Source of the DNA: Chlamydiota bacterium
GTDB lineage: Bacteria; Chlamydiota; Chlamydiia; Chlamydiales; SM23-39
Direction: 5' to 3'
Length of the DNA: 20,901 bases
Assembly (NCBI GenBank): GCA_048498835.1
Contig: JBEHXF010000036.1
Coordinates: 1 to 20,901 of the forward strand
Shown here in pieces: positions 16,035-20,901 of the stretch (its first letter is position 1; each line of letters starts with the position of its first letter). The position numbers were made by a program, and so were the translations under genes. The notes below the pieces were generated by a model that had not been told where the DNA came from, made no database searches, and was given only the letters and a program-made list of their open reading frames with translations.

Positions 16035-16645
16035 ATCGAGTTCCAAATTTATTTCCACCATCTATACAGGTCCCGAATTTTGCATTTCCACCCAATGGAT
16101 CACCTCCTCTAGTTCAAAGAGTTGAATCTGTACGAGATGGTTTATTTCCTAGCTTTGCATATGGAGTACCTCTTCAATTAGATCGATCTCCCGAATTAGA
16201 TCGATCTAAACTGAGAAATCTCGAGTATCTCTCCTCCCATCCATCACATCGCCCTGAGGATCAAAATTTTTCTGCTCTATTTGAACTTTATTCACAGGCA
16301 GTGATGGAAAATCCAACTTTACTTGCACTGAGAGGAGATGAGCTGTCCAGAAGAAATGAAAATATTCCAGCTATCCTCAATTATGATTTAGCTTTAAAAT
16401 TGGATAGGAATTGCCTAAGAGCTCTCATGGGGAAAGCAGTTGCTTTGCTCTTATTAAACGACAAGTTCGAAGATTTGCTGGAGGCTCAAAAGCTAATGAA
16501 TTCGTATGAAGTCATTGCAGTGGAATATCGATGCCAGGGAAGTGCTGCGGTACGAGAAATTAATCAATTAATTGAGCAAAAAATAATGGAAAGAATTCAG
16601 GCTCATACAGGTGTGAACTCGCAGAGCGAAATGAGTATACCGTGA
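16031..16645 (+). CDS. Hypothetical protein with a TPR-like region
   Basis: LALRGDELSRRNENIPAILNYDLALKLDRNCLRALMGKAVAL fits a TPR consensus; translationally coupled to the upstream ORF; its stop codon lies inside the downstream MITE. Confidence 0.65.
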   Translation: MNRVPNLFPPSIQVPNFAFPPNGSPPLVQRVESVRDGLFPSFAYGVPLQLDRSPELDRSKLRNLEYLSSHPSHRPEDQNFSALFELYSQAVMENPTLLALRGDELSRRNENIPAILNYDLALKLDRNCLRALMGKAVALLLLNDKFEDLLEAQKLMNSYEVIAVEYRCQGSAAVREINQLIEQKIMERIQAHTGVNSQSEMSIP

Positions 16646-16733
16646 ATGATTGAAGAATCGGGAGATGGCAAGGAGGCGCCCTAAATTTGAGCCAGGCGCC
16701 GCCAGAACCGATTCTTCAATCACGAGCGGTATA
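16636..16733. mobile_element. 98-bp TA-flanked MITE-like (ERIC/IRU-style) palindromic element
   Basis: Ends TATACCG...CGGTATA. Perfect 15-bp inverted repeat TGATTGAAGAATCGG (16647-16661) / CCGATTCTTCAATCA (16708-16722), with further internal pairing (TGGC/GCCA, GGCGCC/GGCGCC). Confidence 0.75.
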
Positions 16734-16745
16734 ACGGCTAGGCCG

Positions 16746-18668
16746 TTACTCAATGTCTTTCATTTTCTTTTTGCCCCGTTTTCCTGAGGGACCCGCTGTT
16801 TTTGCGTTGAGGTCGACCCAGATTGGCGAGCTCCAGGCGATGTGGCCATCAGCTTGTGTCACGCGAAGATAATAGTAGACGAACGGAGGTCGGTCTTCTT
16901 TTGGCTCGAGGGCGATGGAACCGAGAAGATCGGTGTCATCGATTTGGAAGTCGATCTCCATGTTCTTTGTCTCGAAAGTGCGGAACACTTTCCCATTGCG
17001 GATGAGGGCGGCCTCAATGATGGGCTGTGTTCCAATTGCGTAACCGACGAGGTGTCGGTTGAATTCAAGGCCGGGGCGGCTCTTCGTATCGATTTCAGCG
17101 CCCATGCCAAATCCAGCAATGTGGAGACCGAGGATCATCCGCTCGCCAGTTGTGGCGTAGCAAGAGCGGGCCTGAAGCGCTTCCATGAGGGAGCTTCGGT
17201 TGTGCTCTTTAGCGAGGATCGCAGTGAGTCCAGGAGTGTATTGCGTTTGATTTGCTTCATAGAGCTCGCTGTAAGGACCGCGATCGTCGTAGCCGCCGGC
17301 GACAAAACCAAAGCGACATCCGTTATTGAGGGCTTTGACGAGAGAGCCTTCAGCTGACTCGGAAATCCCTTGTTTTCCGCCGCCCGATATTGGGCGTGGA
17401 TTTTTTTCTTTCGCTGTGCACTCAGAAGATCCCCAAGCATTGTAAATTTCGGCGACTCGTTCAAACTCAGAGTTGAAGTCGGCAAAATTATAACAGGTCG
17501 TTTTGCCCATTGAGAAAGAGGGCATCGCGATCATTTCTTTCGGGTTATTTGTCTTGTAGATTTTCTTGAGGGAGTTGTTCTTGGTGTCTTTGCGTCGAAG
17601 GATCGGCTTCGAATCTTTCGAATAGAGGAATTGGCGCAGGCCCTCTTCATTCGATTCGCCGAGCCACTGGAAGCCGAGCATAGCGACAAAGCGGTCGTCT
17701 TCGTTGAATTCAGCCACTTGCTGAACAATTGCTTTCCAAACGTCGTTTGAGGTCTCTTCTTCGCTATCGAAGCAAGAAGTTGCCACGAATTGAAGAGCTC
17801 GATCATCGCGCATGTGACGGAGGTAGGCCTCAATTCCGGTCGAAGAATCAAATCGCTCTGATTCACCGTGTAACATCCCCCAGAAAAGACTGACGGCGCC
17901 CTCTGGAAGGCATTTAATCGGTGGAGAAAGATAGCTTTCTTTTGTCTTGAGATTGCGCAGTTGGATTTTATAGATGCCCGGTTCGTTGAAGTAGAGATTG
18001 GGCAGAGCGATAAAACCAGTTTCTGGAACGAATAGTTTCCAGTTGAGGTTCTCGCGCAGGTGCTCATAGCTGAGGTCGATGAGCGTCCCTTCTGGCGCAT
18101 TGGAAGTGAGATTGCCATAGACGTCTTCGAAGCGGACGATCACGTCAAATCGCTTATTGCGAGCGACGAGGGACGGAGCTACGATTCGGAGGGTTTTGAG
18201 TTGATTGCCCCGCACGTCGAGGTGGAATACTTCGTGTTCTTTGTAGTCGCCTTTTCCTTTTGGATCGATGAAGAGATTGAAGGGTCTTCGGCGTTGAACG
18301 ATTTTTTGTGAGATATTCCCTTTTTGGGGGTCTTTATCGGGAGAGCCCATAAAGATGGTGAGTTGGTCGCCCGATTTTAGTTCGATAGGGAGAGTGAATT
18401 CAAAAGAAGCAGTTCCTACAACCGGATGGTTGACTTCAGAGGCATTGAGGATTTTCCCACCGGGAAGTTCAGCCCAAATGACGTTGGCTTTTTCTTTGAG
18501 ATTCGTGGAGGGAATTTGCCAGTCGATTGGGCGCCCGCCGCTTTCTAAATCGAAGCGTAGCTTGGTCCCTTTCGGAAGTTGGTTGGCAGTTGTATAAATA
18601 AATTTCCAGGTGGCGGAATCGCCAGCCAAAGCGTGATTTGGTTCGCAATAACAGATCGAACGGCGCAT
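16746..18668 (-). CDS. DUF3604-domain (PHP-like fold) protein conserved in chlamydiae (CT425-like)
   Basis: MRRSICYCEP start, LFWGMLHGES, EIYNAWGSSE, GFVAGG, GLTAILA..R.S..EAL..RSCYATTGER and YYYLRVTQ.DGHIAWSSPIWV. Confidence 0.8.
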   Translation of the reverse strand: MRRSICYCEPNHALAGDSATWKFIYTTANQLPKGTKLRFDLESGGRPIDWQIPSTNLKEKANVIWAELPGGKILNASEVNHPVVGTASFEFTLPIELKSGDQLTIFMGSPDKDPQKGNISQKIVQRRRPFNLFIDPKGKGDYKEHEVFHLDVRGNQLKTLRIVAPSLVARNKRFDVIVRFEDVYGNLTSNAPEGTLIDLSYEHLRENLNWKLFVPETGFIALPNLYFNEPGIYKIQLRNLKTKESYLSPPIKCLPEGAVSLFWGMLHGESERFDSSTGIEAYLRHMRDDRALQFVATSCFDSEEETSNDVWKAIVQQVAEFNEDDRFVAMLGFQWLGESNEEGLRQFLYSKDSKPILRRKDTKNNSLKKIYKTNNPKEMIAMPSFSMGKTTCYNFADFNSEFERVAEIYNAWGSSECTAKEKNPRPISGGGKQGISESAEGSLVKALNNGCRFGFVAGGYDDRGPYSELYEANQTQYTPGLTAILAKEHNRSSLMEALQARSCYATTGERMILGLHIAGFGMGAEIDTKSRPGLEFNRHLVGYAIGTQPIIEAALIRNGKVFRTFETKNMEIDFQIDDTDLLGSIALEPKEDRPPFVYYYLRVTQADGHIAWSSPIWVDLNAKTAGPSGKRGKKKMKDIE

Positions 18669-18695
18669 CGAACAGACTCCTGAGGTAAACCACTA

Positions 18696-18724
18696 ATTTT
18701 GCCTAAACGGAACATGAAGGTCAA
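18696..18724 (-). promoter_or_regulatory. Possible sigma66/sigma70-type promoter for the DUF3604 gene
   Basis: Minus strand reads TTGACC-N17-CAAAAT, followed by AGGAG 8 nt before the ATG at 18668. Confidence 0.35.
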
Positions 18725-18782
18725 GATTAGCGTGGAACTCTCTTTCAAATAAAGTATTTGATAGGGGGAGACTGGTTCTTTT

Positions 18783-18902
18783 AATCACAGAGTTCACAGA
18801 GACGGAAGAGAGAGTCACACAGAGAAAAAATTCTCAATTTTGATTAATTTCCCATTTCTTCTCCGTGGAGCTCCTTTTCTCTCTCTGTGTAACTCTGTGA
18901 TT
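18783..18902. repeat. Short inverted-repeat element (CACAGAG family, MITE-like), copy 2
   Basis: AATCACAGAGTTCACAGAGA ... TCTCTGTGTAACTCTGTGATT. Shares GAGAGTCACACAGAGAAAAAATTCTCAATTT with 3176-3274. Confidence 0.85.
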
Positions 18903-18922
18903 GATTTTTGCTCAGGAGGCTT

Positions 18923-20260
18923 TTAGAGCTCGTCGTGAGGTCTTTGTCGCGGAGTTATTTTAATTTTTTTGAGCGAGCGCTCATTGGAGGAGAGGACTTC
19001 GAGATCGAAGTCGTCATGGGAGAGGCGCCAGCCTTTGGAGGGGATGGTGCCTGCGCAGTGGAAAACATAGCCGCCGATCGTTTCATATTCAGGGTTGGGA
19101 GGGATTCGAACGCCGAGCCTTTCTTCGATGTCGATGATGCTCATTTTTGCATCGACCACCCATCCGCCAGTGGGCAATTCCCAAAATTCTTCCGCATCGC
19201 CAATGTCGTACTCATCTTCAATTTCTCCGACGAGCTCTTCTAAAATATCTTCAATGGTCACAATCCCTTCGGTACCGCCGTATTCATCGACGATGATGGC
19301 CATGTGGATTTGTTTATTGCGGAATTCTTGGAGAAGTTGAGCAATTTTTTTATTTTCGGGGGAGTAGAGAACTGGTTTTGCAATCGTGTCGAGTGTCAGA
19401 TCGAGATTTTGGCCGGGCAGGGCGTAGGTTTTCAGCAGATCTTTGTAGAGAATAACGCCGACGACATGGTCTAAACTTTCGCGATAGATGGGGATTCGGC
19501 TATAGCCTTCTGAGGCGAAGAGCTTGGTCGCTTCACGGATGGTTGTGTCTGCGGAAAGGGCGAAGAGATCGACGCGGGGCACCATGATCTCTTTTGCGAC
19601 TCGTTCCTTAAAATTGAGGAAGGAGCTAATCAGCTTTTGATCCGATGGGTCGAGGTGTTGTTGTAGCTCCGATTCACGGATGATTTCTCGAAGTTTGGTT
19701 TTATCGGTCAACATCTCGGCCGATTCTTCGTCGATATGGAGTTTGCGGACGAGTCCGCGGGTGAGTTGAAGGAGAATGCCGACGAAAGGGAATAGAATGA
19801 TGAGGTAGAGGGAAGCGAAGGGAGAGGCGAGAAGGAGGATAAAGCGGCTCCAGAGGCTTGCGGCTAGGCGGACGAGATAGTCGAGCAGGACCGATAGAGC
19901 GATGATGGCGCCACCTGCTGCGAGGAGCGGCGGCCAGTCTTGTGACGAGAGAGAATTGTGGAGCGCGTTATGGAGCGAGGGAAGAGTGGAGATGAGGTAG
20001 AAAAAGCTCGAAGTGCCGTAGGCAAGCATAAAGATCTGCTTGCTGATTGAGATGGAAAAGTAGAGGTTTTCCCAATCATGTTTTCGGAAGATGTGTTTTA
20101 AAAAAGGGCGGAAAAAGAGCAAGGGAGCGTGGGCAGATCGAAGGAGCTCTTTGGATTTAAACTTGCCGAGGCGCAAGATAGCGGTGCTACAAGCGGTTAA
20201 AACGAGCGAGCCAAACAGAAAGAGGATGGGGAAGATGGGGGATTCTAAAAGAAACGTCAT
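18923..20260 (-). CDS. Hemolysin/CNNM family protein (TM domain + 2 CBS + CorC/HlyC), putative Mg2+/Co2+ transporter
   Basis: AKEIMVPRVD, GYSRIPIY, HMAIIVDEYGGTEGIVTIEDILEELVGEIEDEYD and YETIGGY. ATG at 20260 gives an ATGA overlap with ybeY and is preferred to 20302. Confidence 0.92.
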   Translation of the reverse strand: MTFLLESPIFPILFLFGSLVLTACSTAILRLGKFKSKELLRSAHAPLLFFRPFLKHIFRKHDWENLYFSISISKQIFMLAYGTSSFFYLISTLPSLHNALHNSLSSQDWPPLLAAGGAIIALSVLLDYLVRLAASLWSRFILLLASPFASLYLIILFPFVGILLQLTRGLVRKLHIDEESAEMLTDKTKLREIIRESELQQHLDPSDQKLISSFLNFKERVAKEIMVPRVDLFALSADTTIREATKLFASEGYSRIPIYRESLDHVVGVILYKDLLKTYALPGQNLDLTLDTIAKPVLYSPENKKIAQLLQEFRNKQIHMAIIVDEYGGTEGIVTIEDILEELVGEIEDEYDIGDAEEFWELPTGGWVVDAKMSIIDIEERLGVRIPPNPEYETIGGYVFHCAGTIPSKGWRLSHDDFDLEVLSSNERSLKKIKITPRQRPHDEL

Positions 20261-20688
20261 GGCCTTAAAGTTAAATTTAGCTTCTTGATGTGAGCCATAC
20301 ACCGTTTTTCCATTTTACGCATTGTTTTCTTCGATACCGGGTCTAAGTCGTCGAATCCGAGACAATGGAGAAGGCCGTGAATGATGTAGAGAGTGGTCTC
20401 TTCATACGGATCGCCCCCTTTTTTATCGGTGTATTCAATCGCGGTTTGTGGACATACGAATACTTCACCGAGATGCTCGTCATCCAGGGGAAAGGAAATA
20501 CAGTCTGTGGTCGTTGGGTCATCAAAGTATTCTGCGTGGAGCGCAGAAATCTTTTTTGTCGTTACAAAATAAAGCGAGACTTCGGTGTGCTTGTTGCCAA
20601 ATTCAGAGAGAACGGCTTGGACGATCTTTCGAGCGGAGGCTTTAGAGAGGGGGAGATTTTTTTGTGTATTGGAAAGATGAATTTTCAC
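20257..20688 (-). CDS. ybeY: rRNA maturation endoribonuclease YbeY
   Basis: TDCISFP, LGEVFVCP and IIHGLLHCLGFDD..MRKME; GTG start; upstream of the CBS/CorC gene as is usual for ybeY. Confidence 0.93.
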   Translation of the reverse strand: MKIHLSNTQKNLPLSKASARKIVQAVLSEFGNKHTEVSLYFVTTKKISALHAEYFDDPTTTDCISFPLDDEHLGEVFVCPQTAIEYTDKKGGDPYEETTLYIIHGLLHCLGFDDLDPVSKKTMRKMEKRCMAHIKKLNLTLRP

Positions 20689-20695
20689 TGAGGGG

Positions 20696-20718
20696 AGAGC
20701 CGAGGTTCGCTCGGCTCT
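20696..20718. other. GC-rich hairpin between the small basic protein gene and ybeY
   Basis: AGAGCCGAG-GTTCG-CTCGGCTCT, a perfect 9-bp stem; no U-tract on the minus strand. Confidence 0.5.
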
Positions 20719-20725
20719 GAATCCT

Positions 20726-20901
20726 TTATACTACAGGTGTTTTGGGGAGGCCAGTCACTTTCGTGTTCTTGCCGTCAACCCAGCGGCCCAATTTGCGGAG
20801 AGCATCAACGCGCTCGAAGCGCTTCAAGACGTTCCGTTTTTTTGCGCCTTTTTCGATCAGCTCCTCTCTCAGATCCTTGAGCTGCCCGTTGGCCAAGCTC
20901 A
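20726..20901 (-). CDS. Small basic protein of the Chlamydiae/Verrucomicrobia/Planctomycetes family (5'-partial; missed by the ORF track)
   Basis: Manual translation from 20899: SLANGQLKDLREELIEKGAKKRNVLKRFERVDALRKLGRWVDGKNTKVTGLPKTPVV*. KRNVLKRFER..LRKLGRW..GLPK is the family signature. Confidence 0.85.
   Translation of the reverse strand, partial: SLANGQLKDLREELIEKGAKKRNVLKRFERVDALRKLGRWVDGKNTKVTGLPKTPVV

Noticed and set aside
16176..16207. 14-bp direct repeat AATTAGATCGATCT x2 containing the palindrome AGATCGATCT
   Set aside because: In-frame microduplication (LDRSPELDRS) inside a CDS; no evidence of a regulatory role.
20343..20381. YbeY motif HGLLHCLGFDD with Asp in place of the third His
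   Set aside because: I recall this as a common chlamydial variant, and the gene is otherwise intact and syntenic, so it is not called a pseudogene.
20696..20718. Intrinsic terminator after the small basic protein gene
   Set aside because: Good stem but no U-tract, and it lies 7 nt before the ybeY start; kept only as an unassigned hairpin.

Overview
Genomic DNA from an environmental Chlamydiota bacterium. The assignment rests on chlamydial-type core blocks: lptD-like/HEAT-repeat/maf, and DUF3604/CBS-CorC/ybeY/small basic protein. Between a glucose dehydrogenase-GMC oxidoreductase pair and lptD lies a tightly coupled five-gene RiPP operon (3345-8828). It encodes a precursor with two tandem nitrile-hydratase-like leader (NHLP) domains and a tiny Cys-rich core (..LSG-A-LCASCGGCAC*), a fused E1-like/YcaO cyclodehydratase, a SagB/ThcOx-type FMN dehydrogenase, a DUF692 multinuclear non-heme iron enzyme (MNIO) and its DUF2063 partner. 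A convergent, overlapping MFS exporter follows. This azole (LAP) + MNIO hybrid cluster is the most notable element. Intergenic spaces carry at least three kinds of non-coding palindromic/MITE-like repeats. Four orphan ORFs are present, three with low-complexity N-termini that could be secreted effectors. All calls are from motif recognition by eye; no searches were run.
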